From assembly GCA_965208105.1 (NCBI GenBank), contig OZ242318.1:3968001-4032000 (forward strand): a stretch of DNA of 64,000 nucleotides. The letters run 5' to 3'. Below, one piece after another: positions 37,887 to 47,050 of this stretch. Below the pieces are notes generated by a model, which was not told where the DNA came from, made no database searches, and saw only the letters and a list, made by a program, of their open reading frames with translations. Source of the DNA: Candidatus Latescibacterota bacterium (GTDB taxonomy: Bacteria; Latescibacterota; UBA2968; UBA8231). Within the stretch, counting starts at the first letter, position 1. Each line of letters begins with the position of its first letter. Position numbers and translations under genes: made by a program.

Positions 37887-39020
37887 CTAATCGTCCCAGC
37901 TCTTGATGAAGTCCTCCACCCCGAAGTTCTCCGGCATCTCGTAGAAGTGATACATCATCGCAGCGTTTTGAAACAGCGACTCGTACTGCTCCGTATCCGC
38001 CTTTAGGACGTCGTCCAGAGTTCCGAATCGATCCCATAGCTGATCCAACTCGTTTGCGGCGAAGCGAGCAGCAAGCTCCATAACCGCGTCGGTGCGTTGC
38101 CAATCGTCCGAATCCGAATCCTTGTACTTGCGAATCGTGTAGGCAATCTTCGATAACACGATCAAGGACGTCATTCGCGCCTGCTCACTCGGATGCAGCG
38201 TCTCGAACGCCTGCATGAACCCCACGCGGTCTTTCTTTATGATGGCCTTGTAGGTTGCAACGATCTCGTCCTGCCTTTGCGCATGCAGTTTCGCGAACTG
38301 TTTGCACTGTTCGGCACCTGGTGGCGAAAGATGTTCGATGAAATCAACGCCTAAGGGGTTTGCAAAGTAGTGGGTGAATCCCTTGTTCCCGAAAGCGTCG
38401 TATCCCATGATCAACGTGCGCCGCTTGGTCTCTCCGTTGGGCATCGAACTGTGGAGGCAGTTGTTGAGGTAAACCACCGCATCGCCGGCCTTCAACTCAA
38501 CCGTCATCGCTCCGGGCAATGGTACGACCCCCATTCGACGCTCGATCTTGCGCTCCTCGGCATTGTTCCGCCGCAGGTGGCTTCCCGGAATGAAATGCAG
38601 AAAGCTGTCGTCATAGAGAGGGACGTTCCACTGCAGGTAGCAGGGACCGTTGAGCTTGAGATCCTCCTGCAATCCATCCAGAGGAGCCATATCGATCGGG
38701 TGAATGTCGCGATGCCAGCCCGTTCCTGAAGCACATAGCACGAACATTCCCAGTGGGGTCACGGCGGGCACATCCATCAACTGTCGACTGAAGCCAAGGG
38801 TGCGCTCTTCGAAACAGAATTCAACCGCGTCGGCGGTCGACTCATCTACCCAATCGGTCATGGTGAACCGACTCTTCAGACAGGACTCCGGAGCCCGTTC
38901 GGCCATGAGATCGACGCTTTTACGCAGCTGTGGGAGTTCGTCGGGATGAATCAGGTCACGGACTAGGATATAACCCGACTCCATAAGCTGTGTTCTCTGT
39001 TTGTCGATGGTCGCCTTCAT
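37887..39020 (-). CDS. PhyH family dioxygenase with C-terminal extension
   Basis: WHRD, LQWNVPLYDD, IPGSH, AGDAVVY...LH, RRTL. Confidence 0.85.
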   Translation of the reverse strand: MKATIDKQRTQLMESGYILVRDLIHPDELPQLRKSVDLMAERAPESCLKSRFTMTDWVDESTADAVEFCFEERTLGFSRQLMDVPAVTPLGMFVLCASGTGWHRDIHPIDMAPLDGLQEDLKLNGPCYLQWNVPLYDDSFLHFIPGSHLRRNNAEERKIERRMGVVPLPGAMTVELKAGDAVVYLNNCLHSSMPNGETKRRTLIMGYDAFGNKGFTHYFANPLGVDFIEHLSPPGAEQCKQFAKLHAQRQDEIVATYKAIIKKDRVGFMQAFETLHPSEQARMTSLIVLSKIAYTIRKYKDSDSDDWQRTDAVMELAARFAANELDQLWDRFGTLDDVLKADTEQYESLFQNAAMMYHFYEMPENFGVEDFIKSWDD

Positions 39021-39237
39021 AGTTCCTCACTTCCCTCAGAGTTCCTGGCTGGTAAGTAGGATATTTCGCTGAGATGGCGCGCCAAGCCCTGGGGCCGGCG
39101 CAGGAGACGGTCGAGTAGGACCTCAGGCGGCGAGCTCGAACAGCGGCTGGGGGAGTGCCCTCGCCGGCGCCATCGACGGGGGCGGGCAGGCCTACCCTCT
39201 CCAGATAGAGAAGGATCAGAGGATTGGACCGAGGGCC

Positions 39238-40104
39238 CTATTCCTGTATGCCGATGCCGTTGGCGGCCGCGATGCGGCGGATGTTCGCGCTGGCGACGGG
39301 AATCTGCTCCATCGACAGATGCTCGATCAGGCCGTAGCCCTCGGGGTGAAGTGCGTCGAAGCGGCGGAGCATGAGCGCCAGGTCCAGTTCCCCCTCTCCG
39401 GGGATTTCCTGGTCGATGTGGAGAACCAGGCCGTCTGAAATCTTGAGATCCTTGAGGTGGGCGAGGGGCGCCAGAGGGCCGATGATGTCGAACAGGTGGT
39501 TGAGGAAGTCGGCGCTGTTGTAGACCTCGTGCAAACCTGGGAAGTGGTTGACGGCATCCATGACCAGTCGCAGGTTGTCGGAGCCGACGGCCTCGACTAC
39601 GTAGCGGCACTTCTCGGGAGGGTCCATGATGGAGACGACATGGGTCTCCAGCGCCAGGGTCACTCCCTCCAGCTCCGCCTTGCGCGCGATCGGCCTGAGC
39701 GTCTCGATCAGGCGCTCCCTGTTTTCGGGTAGATGGTTGTCCCGGTGCGGCATCCAGGGGCCGTTGGGGCTCATGCTGCCAGGCCGCAGCAGGAAGGTCT
39801 GCGCCTGGAGCTGGGCCGAGATCTCCGTGCCCCGGTTGATCTTCGCCGTCACCGCCTCTCTGACGGCGATGTCGGGGTGAAAGAGGCATTCGTCGTAGGT
39901 GATGGCGAACTGGGCCAGATCCAGATTCCGGGATGCCATGAACTCGTTGTAGCGTTCGCATTCCTGCGCGGTTACCTCGAATACCCGTTCGCCGTCGAAG
40001 TGGAACCCGAAACCGGTGAATTCCAGATCACGGATCGCCTCCATGTGCGCCGGAGTGAAGGTTCGGAAGTCGGCCGGCAGCATGCCGACGATGCCCAGTT
40101 TCAT
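39238..40104 (-). CDS. Sugar phosphate isomerase/epimerase
   Basis: LALETH, MDAVN, AHLKD, PGEGELD, LIEH. Confidence 0.88.
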   Translation of the reverse strand: MKLGIVGMLPADFRTFTPAHMEAIRDLEFTGFGFHFDGERVFEVTAQECERYNEFMASRNLDLAQFAITYDECLFHPDIAVREAVTAKINRGTEISAQLQAQTFLLRPGSMSPNGPWMPHRDNHLPENRERLIETLRPIARKAELEGVTLALETHVVSIMDPPEKCRYVVEAVGSDNLRLVMDAVNHFPGLHEVYNSADFLNHLFDIIGPLAPLAHLKDLKISDGLVLHIDQEIPGEGELDLALMLRRFDALHPEGYGLIEHLSMEQIPVASANIRRIAAANGIGIQE

Positions 40105-40188
40105 GGTGTTCTCCGCGGTATCGGATGTGCGCCCATCAGCTCCCGGACAGGTCGTGCGTCATCAGGTGGTCGAACACGAACTTCTGCG

Positions 40189-41550
40189 TCAGTACGGAGC
40201 CGGTCCGTCACCGGACGGTATCATTGCCCTGAAATGGTCGCCAGTTTCTTGGCACCATTCCCGAAGATAGAATCGCATGCTCGCCAGCAGAGGCGCAAAG
40301 CGCGAGCTGGCCGCGAGATTCACCATCTCCCCCGGGTCTGCCCTCAAGTCGAATAGCTGCTCGCGATACCGGCCCCAGTCGTAGATGACATACTTGTACT
40401 GTCCATTGTAGACCGCCCGGCCGATCAGATTCTTGCCTCCGTGCTTACCCATCTGCATGCCCGGTTGATGGCGAGGAGCCCGGTCGACCTCAATCACCAG
40501 GTGTTCACGCCAGGAGGCGGGGACCATCGCGCTCGATCTTTCCTCTACCACGGGACGAAGTGAGCGGCCGCGCAGGCCTGCTGGCGGATCGATCGCGGCG
40601 TAGTCGCAGAAGGTCGGCATGAGGTCGAGTCCGGTATGGGCCGGCGCCGGTGAAACCATCGGCGCGAAACTTCCAGCCGCCTTCGGGGGTTTGACGATCA
40701 ACGGCACCTTCACCGCCTCTTCGTAGAGCACGAGCTTCTGCTTCAACTTGTGCGCCCCCTGGCCGTCGCCGTGGTCGCTGACGAAAACGACGAGCGTATC
40801 GTCGTAGAGCCCGCTGCCGCGAAGCCCCTCCACGACGATCCCGATATGGCTGTCGACCAATTCGATCAGCCGGAAGTACGCGCTGCGGTATCGCCTCCAC
40901 CAGTTGGGATCGTCGGTTTGATGATCTGTGGAGAAAGCGGATGGATGGGTCGCGGTAAAAGAACGGATGGCCTCCGGTTCGAACGGACCGATTTCGTAGT
41001 TGGCCGGCAGCACCGGGCAGTCGGGTATTTGGCGCTCCTCGATCCGCCCGAGGTAGGTATCCTGCTCGCGTGCCCACTGGCATATGTTGTGGGGATTGAT
41101 GAAGGAGGCGACGAGGAAGAATGGGGCGCTTCCCCTGCTCTGGCCGCGATCCAGGAGAAACTGGCGGCAGTGGGCGGCCATATCGGCGTCGAGGGCATCC
41201 GAAAGCGGTTCGAACCCGCATATCTCCTGTTCTTCGCTCAGCGCCAGGGAGCGATTGCCGGCGTAGTAGCAGTCGTAGCCGGACGCCGCCAGGATTCGTC
41301 CAAGCGTCGCTTCTGGATTCTCAATCTTGCCATCGGCGAACGATAATTCATGCGGAAGCGTGCCGGTGATGATGCTGTTGCGCGCCGGCGCGCACGACGG
41401 AGTGGCGCAGTACGCGCGCTCGAAGCGCACGCCATCCGCGGCAAGGCCGTCCATCATCGGTGTCGAAAGCTCGACATTCCCTGCGCAGCTCATGGTATTC
41501 GCCGACTGTTGGTCCGTGAAGATGAGCAGGATGTTCGGTCGTGAACTCAT
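40189..41550 (-). CDS. Sulfatase-like hydrolase (paralog A)
   Basis: RPNILLIFTDQ, CAPAR (CxPxR), NPH, SDHG, YEE..KVP, LFDL..DPGE..NL. Confidence 0.9.
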   Translation of the reverse strand: MSSRPNILLIFTDQQSANTMSCAGNVELSTPMMDGLAADGVRFERAYCATPSCAPARNSIITGTLPHELSFADGKIENPEATLGRILAASGYDCYYAGNRSLALSEEQEICGFEPLSDALDADMAAHCRQFLLDRGQSRGSAPFFLVASFINPHNICQWAREQDTYLGRIEERQIPDCPVLPANYEIGPFEPEAIRSFTATHPSAFSTDHQTDDPNWWRRYRSAYFRLIELVDSHIGIVVEGLRGSGLYDDTLVVFVSDHGDGQGAHKLKQKLVLYEEAVKVPLIVKPPKAAGSFAPMVSPAPAHTGLDLMPTFCDYAAIDPPAGLRGRSLRPVVEERSSAMVPASWREHLVIEVDRAPRHQPGMQMGKHGGKNLIGRAVYNGQYKYVIYDWGRYREQLFDLRADPGEMVNLAASSRFAPLLASMRFYLREWCQETGDHFRAMIPSGDGPAPY

Positions 41551-41600
41551 AAAACCATTCCCAACAGAGGCATCAATGCGCAGTCCCCTGATTTTCATCG

Positions 41601-41750
41601 ATGGCTGACGTGAAACCCCGCGTCGCCATGACCGGCGCCGCCGGCAATGTTGGCACGACCCTGTGGCGTGCGTGGGAGGAAGAGGGCCGATACGAGCCGA
41701 CCCTGGCCGATCTGCAGCCGCTCTCCGTATCAGACACCCGATCAGTTCAA
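41601..41750 (+). pseudogene. N-terminal fragment of an NAD-dependent epimerase/dehydratase
   Basis: RVAMTGAAGNVG...TLAD Rossmann start only; the ORF ends at 77 aa with unrelated sequence. Confidence 0.6.
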
Positions 41751-41987
41751 TCCCGGCAGCTGGTGCGGCGCCATGCAAGGGATGGCGGTGATCGGCGGTC
41801 GACATCCTCGGATACAAACCGAAGGACAACATAATTCAGTCCCGCAGCCGCTTCAAGGATTGACCGGCATATCACAGCTGCGCCGGGCCCGGAGGATGGA
41901 GGAGCTGTGATCATCGACGCTCCAGTAGCCGATCCATTCGATTCCGGCATCCGCGGCCCTGCGGCCCAGTGCTGATCTACCGCCGAG

Positions 41988-42983
41988 CTATCTAATTCGG
42001 GATTGCGCACTCGAGCGCCAGAGGTCGGCGTTTGCGCCCAGTTTCTCTTTGACCTGACGGGTAATCTCGTCCAATGCCCGCAGCGTCCGGGCGTCCAGGA
42101 CCAATTCCGCCCCCCGTGCGTCCTCCCGCACTTCCTCGGGAGTGCGAGCGCCGGTAAGCAGGGCGGTTACGCCGGCTTGTTGGCTCACCCAGGCCAGCGC
42201 TACAGCGGCCATGGAGGTCTCCAGATCGCGGGCGATTGCGCCGATCCTTCGGAGGGCGGCAAAAACTTCGGTCTCACACCCCTCCTCACCGTGGCGGGCG
42301 CCCGCCCGTCCGCTGGCGAAGTGCCGGCTGATCGCCCGCGGCGCCGGTACCTGGGCGACGTTGGCGTAGCGGCCGGTGAGCAGCCCCTGGGCGAGCGGGG
42401 TGTAACAGATGATGCCGATGTCCCGCTCTATGCAATGGGCCTGGATCTCGAATTCGATGGCGCGGGTGAGGAGGCTGTAGGGCACCTGGTTCGCGGCGCA
42501 ATGGCCGACTTCCGCCAACGCGGCAAGATCCCGTGCCCCGAAATTGCAAACGCCGACGGCGCGAATCTTGCCCTGCCGCTTTAGCCTTTCGAAAGCGCTC
42601 AGGGTCTCCTCCAGAGGGGTCTCCCGGAAGGGCCAGTGGATCTGATAGAGATCGATGTAGTCGGTCTCCAGCTGCTGGAGGCTGCGGGCGCAGGCAGCCT
42701 CCACCTCGGCGGCGCTGCCCCCGCCATGGCTGCACTTTGTGGCGATGACGGCTTGGTGGCGACGACCTTTGAGAGCCCGGCCCAGCACGCGTTCGGAGTG
42801 GCCGCTTCCGTAGCCTTCGGCGGTGTCGAAGAAGTTCACTCCCTCGTCCAGGGCCGCGTGCACCGAAGCAATCGAATCCCGGTCGTCTTGCGGTCCCCAA
42901 TACTCGTCCCCGGCGAACGCCCAGCAACCCAGCGCGACCACCGAAACCTCCGTGCCGGTGTCTGCAAGTTTTCGGTATTCCAC
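41988..42983 (-). CDS. Aldo/keto reductase
   Basis: FFDTAEGYG.G.SE, IATK, DYIDLYQIHWP, GKIRAVGVCN, PLAQGLLTG. GTG start at 42983. Confidence 0.95.
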   Translation of the reverse strand: MEYRKLADTGTEVSVVALGCWAFAGDEYWGPQDDRDSIASVHAALDEGVNFFDTAEGYGSGHSERVLGRALKGRRHQAVIATKCSHGGGSAAEVEAACARSLQQLETDYIDLYQIHWPFRETPLEETLSAFERLKRQGKIRAVGVCNFGARDLAALAEVGHCAANQVPYSLLTRAIEFEIQAHCIERDIGIICYTPLAQGLLTGRYANVAQVPAPRAISRHFASGRAGARHGEEGCETEVFAALRRIGAIARDLETSMAAVALAWVSQQAGVTALLTGARTPEEVREDARGAELVLDARTLRALDEITRQVKEKLGANADLWRSSAQSRIR

Positions 42984-43009
42984 GGACCTCTCATCCCTGT
43001 TTTGGGGAG

Positions 43010-43834
43010 CTACCCGCGCCGCTGCGCACGGCATCCCCGATGGCATCCACCGCTTGGGCTGCGCTTGCCGGTGACAGTATGGCGCGGAGAACGGCTTGGA
43101 CGCCGAAGGACCAGATTGTGCAGCAGGATCTCCTCCCGTCCTTCGCGGTTCGCCGTTGCCAACACGCTTCCGTCGCGATCGTAGACGACGCTGCCGCCGT
43201 TGCAGCGGTTGACCCAGGACATGCCGACGCGGTTGGCAACGAGCATGGGTGAATCCAGTTCGCGAGCCAGCGCTCCCAGTTCGCCAAGCTCGGGCATGGA
43301 ACGGCGGTTATTCGGATAGAACACGACCTCGGGATGAAGGTCCCGAGCGCGGGCGACACAGCGGGGCGCTTCCCCGTCGGAGCATATGAAACAAGTGGCG
43401 CGAACGCCGTCGACTTCGAACGCTTCGGGTCCGGTGCCCGGGTCGTAGCGCGCCCATTCGTTGCGGAATCCCCGATCGCTCGGCTCGGTCCAGATCCAGG
43501 TCTTGCGATAGCGATGGAGCAGACCTTGCGGTCCTGCGAAAACCTGCGAGATGAAATAGCGGTCGTTTTCGACCTCGGAGAGGCCGAATGAAATGATGCA
43601 GTCCAGCTCGCGCGCCAGTTTGGTGAAGGAGGCAGTGGATTCTCCTCCAGGGACCGTTTCAGCAAACCGATCGATGCGCTGGGAATAGTCGCTGATGGCG
43701 CTTTCGTGGAACAGGATCCACCGAGCCCCGGATTCTCGTGCCCGGCGGGCAAGCTCCACCATTTTGTCGCGATTTCCGGCAACATTCTCCGGCTTCGCGT
43801 CGAACTGCACCACCGCAACGCTTACGGACGGCAT
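43010..43834 (-). CDS. Carbon-nitrogen hydrolase (nitrilase family)
   Basis: Catalytic triad in LFHE, YRK, FICSD. Confidence 0.9.
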   Translation of the reverse strand: MPSVSVAVVQFDAKPENVAGNRDKMVELARRARESGARWILFHESAISDYSQRIDRFAETVPGGESTASFTKLARELDCIISFGLSEVENDRYFISQVFAGPQGLLHRYRKTWIWTEPSDRGFRNEWARYDPGTGPEAFEVDGVRATCFICSDGEAPRCVARARDLHPEVVFYPNNRRSMPELGELGALARELDSPMLVANRVGMSWVNRCNGGSVVYDRDGSVLATANREGREEILLHNLVLRRPSRSPRHTVTGKRSPSGGCHRGCRAQRRG

Positions 43835-43991
43835 GATTTCGCTCACTGAGAATTAAAGGGGTCATCTGGAATTACTGTGGGTAGACCCCAGATCAGGAAG
43901 AATAAGAGGCGTTTTCTATCACCGTCAAGACCCTGAGAGTGCACCGGGCCCTGCGGCCGGCGTAGGAGGCGGTCGAGGAGGAACCAACAGC

Positions 43992-44051
43992 CCGTCGATC
44001 CATCCCTGCTCACGGCCCAATTGCGTCAAACTGTCTCTGCGACGGGACACT
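43992..44051 (-). mobile_element. MITE copy 5 (relic with internal deletion)
   Basis: CGATCCATCCCTGCTCACGGC is fused through CGGC directly to CCAATT...TCTCTGCGACGGGACACT. Confidence 0.75.
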
Positions 44052-44242
44052 GGCGCTTTTTGTATTCAAAATGGCGTTGTATGTTCGTTCTGAATGCGGT
44101 AAAATATCAAATAGGCCCATACTCGACACGCGTTCATCGCTCGCCTGTAAATAGACCGAAAGAGGTCGTGATCCGAGAAGCCTGGCCAGATCCCACCAAC
44201 CTCCCGTTCCCCAGCTCGACGATCTTGGGAAAGGAGTAACCA

Positions 44243-46036
44243 TTGATGCCAAACAAGATTTCCGACGCTTATCGACGGATCCAGCGCATGATTGCGGAAG
44301 AGGAGTGTGTAATCCTGGATGGCGGCGGTACCACGGAGTTGGAGCGCGTCGGGCTGAAGGACTATCGCATCAGCGATAAGGGGATGTGGGGAACCTGGAC
44401 CCTCTATCACGCCCCGTACGCAGCTCTCGAGGTTCATCGCCGCTACGTCGCCACCGGCTGTCATCTCATCTCGACCATGACCTGGTCGATTATCACTCCG
44501 CCGGAGAATGAAGCACGCCAAATGGTGGCGGATACAGCCCCTGGACACTGGATGGATGTGGCGCGGCTGGGCTTGAGGCTCCCTCGACAGGCGATTGACG
44601 AAAGTGGGAGAGCGGGGCAGTGTGCCGTGGCGTTCAGCATCAATGGCGACATAAATACGCCGCAACAACTGGATCGAATGCAGTTGCTCGCACGGGTGTT
44701 TGAAGAAACGCCTCCCGACCTGATCATTATGGAGACCATGTCGCTCATCCGCGATGAGCTGACCTTTCCGGCTGTGGAAATTGTGCTGCGGACAGGGGTT
44801 CCGGTCTGGCTCAGTTTTCGGCGTTGCCGCCATGGCGTTTGCGGCGTCTACGGCCAGCACTGGGGTGGACCGGAAGGCGACTTTTTCGGGCGGATGGCGA
44901 GCAAATTCGAAGAAATGGGCGTCGGCGCCCTGCTCATCAACTGCCTGCCGATAGACCATGTGCCGGGGATGGTCGCGTGGCTGCGCGATTTTACCGATAT
45001 GCCGCTCGGTGTCTATCCGAATCTGGGGCGTTATCTCGACCCCGGATGGCAGTTTGACGACCAGATCGACCCGCAAGGGTACGCAAGGCTTGCCGGCCAG
45101 TGGCGGGAAGAAGGGGCACAGATCATTGGTGGCTGTTGCGGCGTCACACCGGAACATATCGCCGCTGTGCGAGAGAAAATGGCGGGAACGAAGCCCGGTC
45201 GGAGGCATGGACGCACTGCTCCCCACATGGAAGCTGCGGTGAAGACTGAGACCCGTTCAGATCGAACATCGCACGCACTCCAGCCCTGGGTTGATGGGCA
45301 GGAGCGGATGCTGTACCCCTTGCCCTTTCCCGAAATCGTCTGTGATCCCGAGGTTTTTCGCCCGACGCAAGGCAGTTTCCTCGTCTGGAAGCATCTATTT
45401 CGATCCGGTGCGGGCAAAGGGAAACGATGTCTGGATGTGGGTTGCGGAACGGGGCTCTTAACGGTTCAACTGGCGTTGAATGGGGCTGAACGCGTTAAGG
45501 CGATCGACATCCAACGCGAAGCTGTGGCCAATACGATGACGAATAGTTTTCGGAACGGGGTTTCGGATCAGGTCAGTGGGGAGGCGGTTGATCTCTATAC
45601 CTATCTACCGCATGAGAAATACGACCTGGTAGTCGCAAGCCTGCATCAGATGCCGGTCGACCCGATGGGAGAGACAACCAGCCATCGTCCCGCAGATTTC
45701 TGGGGGCGAAACATGCTCGACCATCTGATTTCCCTCTTGCCCGATCTGCTCGAAGAGGGTGGAACTGCCTACCTGATGCAGATTTCCGCCCTGAGTCGGC
45801 TTCGCACAGCCGAGCTGCTGGAAGCGGCTGGATTCGACGGCACCGTGATTGATTTCAGCTTTTTTCAATTCAGTCCGGTGTTTTACCAGAATATTGGGCA
45901 AATCCGGCGCGTCGAAGAACTGTCGGACGCATACCATTTGGCTTTCGGTGACGACCAGGTAATGGTGATCTACCTGCTTGAAGTCGCGCATCGGAAATCG
46001 TCTGCAGAATTGGGCGATGTTCCAGGTAAAACTTGA
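44243..46036 (+). CDS. Homocysteine S-methyltransferase domain fused to a class I SAM methyltransferase
   Basis: ILDGG.TTEL, METMS, INC, GVYPN, IIGGCCGVTPEHI, then VFRP, LDVGCGTG, AIDI, YDLVV. Confidence 0.88.
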   Translation: MMPNKISDAYRRIQRMIAEEECVILDGGGTTELERVGLKDYRISDKGMWGTWTLYHAPYAALEVHRRYVATGCHLISTMTWSIITPPENEARQMVADTAPGHWMDVARLGLRLPRQAIDESGRAGQCAVAFSINGDINTPQQLDRMQLLARVFEETPPDLIIMETMSLIRDELTFPAVEIVLRTGVPVWLSFRRCRHGVCGVYGQHWGGPEGDFFGRMASKFEEMGVGALLINCLPIDHVPGMVAWLRDFTDMPLGVYPNLGRYLDPGWQFDDQIDPQGYARLAGQWREEGAQIIGGCCGVTPEHIAAVREKMAGTKPGRRHGRTAPHMEAAVKTETRSDRTSHALQPWVDGQERMLYPLPFPEIVCDPEVFRPTQGSFLVWKHLFRSGAGKGKRCLDVGCGTGLLTVQLALNGAERVKAIDIQREAVANTMTNSFRNGVSDQVSGEAVDLYTYLPHEKYDLVVASLHQMPVDPMGETTSHRPADFWGRNMLDHLISLLPDLLEEGGTAYLMQISALSRLRTAELLEAAGFDGTVIDFSFFQFSPVFYQNIGQIRRVEELSDAYHLAFGDDQVMVIYLLEVAHRKSSAELGDVPGKT

Positions 46037-46088
46037 TGAGGCCCCCGGAATCCCGTATGGCATACAGGTCTGCAAGGAGAGAACCGCC

Positions 46089-46946
46089 ATGAAACAGATG
46101 CGGGAAATGGCCGTGGCTCTGGCCGCCGGGTTGCTTGCAGGGTCTGTGGAGGCGGGTGAGGAAATTGCGGTGGAGCTTCCTGGCGGGGCCACCATGGAGT
46201 TCGTGTGGATCGAGCCGGGCTCCTTCCTCATGGGCAGTCCTTTCGAAGCACCCGAATACCGATATGCTTCGGAGCGACCGCAGCACCCTGTGGCGATCAC
46301 CAAGGGGTTCTACCTGGGCAAGTACGAGATCACCCAGGCGCAATGGACGGCGGTCATGGGCCGCAATCCCAGCTATCGCCAGGGTCCCGATCGGCCGGTG
46401 GAGCTGGTCACTTGGGAGGCGGTGCAGGCCTTCGTGGGCCGGCTCAACGAGGCTGTGGACGACTCCGTCTATCGACTGCCCACCGAAGCCGAATGGGAAT
46501 TCGCGGCGCGGGCGGGCACGACGACGCGGTGGCCCTTCGGCGACGACGAGAGTCTGTTGGACGACCACGCGTGGTATGTGCGCAACAACGATCCGGAGGG
46601 GCCCAAGGAGGTGGGGCTCAAGCGGCCCAATCCCTGGGGGTTGCACGATATGCACGGCAATGTGTGGGAGTGGGTGGAGGACTGGCACGGTCCGTACAGC
46701 AGCGCCAGCCAGGTAGATCCCGCCGGCCCCGCCTCGGGCACCCACCGCGTCGTGCGCGGCGGTATTTTCAACGGCCACGGCCGGCACCTGCGCTCGGCCT
46801 TCCGCGGCTTGCTGGGGCCCCATTTGGGCCGCACCGGCATTGGCGCGCGTCTGGTCCTGGAAACCTCCCTCTCCGTCCGACGGGGATCGGAAGCCACGTC
46901 CTTGACTCGAGAAAGTTGGGGACGGATCAAGGCGGGCGAACGCTGA
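46089..46946 (+). CDS. Secreted FGE-sulfatase (SUMF1-like) domain protein
   Basis: Signal peptide; F.MGS, KYEITQAQW, RLPTEAEWEFAAR, PNPWGLHDMHGNVWEW, RVVRGG. Confidence 0.92.
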   Translation: MKQMREMAVALAAGLLAGSVEAGEEIAVELPGGATMEFVWIEPGSFLMGSPFEAPEYRYASERPQHPVAITKGFYLGKYEITQAQWTAVMGRNPSYRQGPDRPVELVTWEAVQAFVGRLNEAVDDSVYRLPTEAEWEFAARAGTTTRWPFGDDESLLDDHAWYVRNNDPEGPKEVGLKRPNPWGLHDMHGNVWEWVEDWHGPYSSASQVDPAGPASGTHRVVRGGIFNGHGRHLRSAFRGLLGPHLGRTGIGARLVLETSLSVRRGSEATSLTRESWGRIKAGER

Positions 46947-47050
46947 TCTACCGGTCCGCCGCGTTGATCGCGTTCCGGCTGTAGCATAGGTTTACGCGTT
47001 GAGCATCGCGCCACTTTCGGCGCATAACACGCGATCAGAAGGAAACGATC

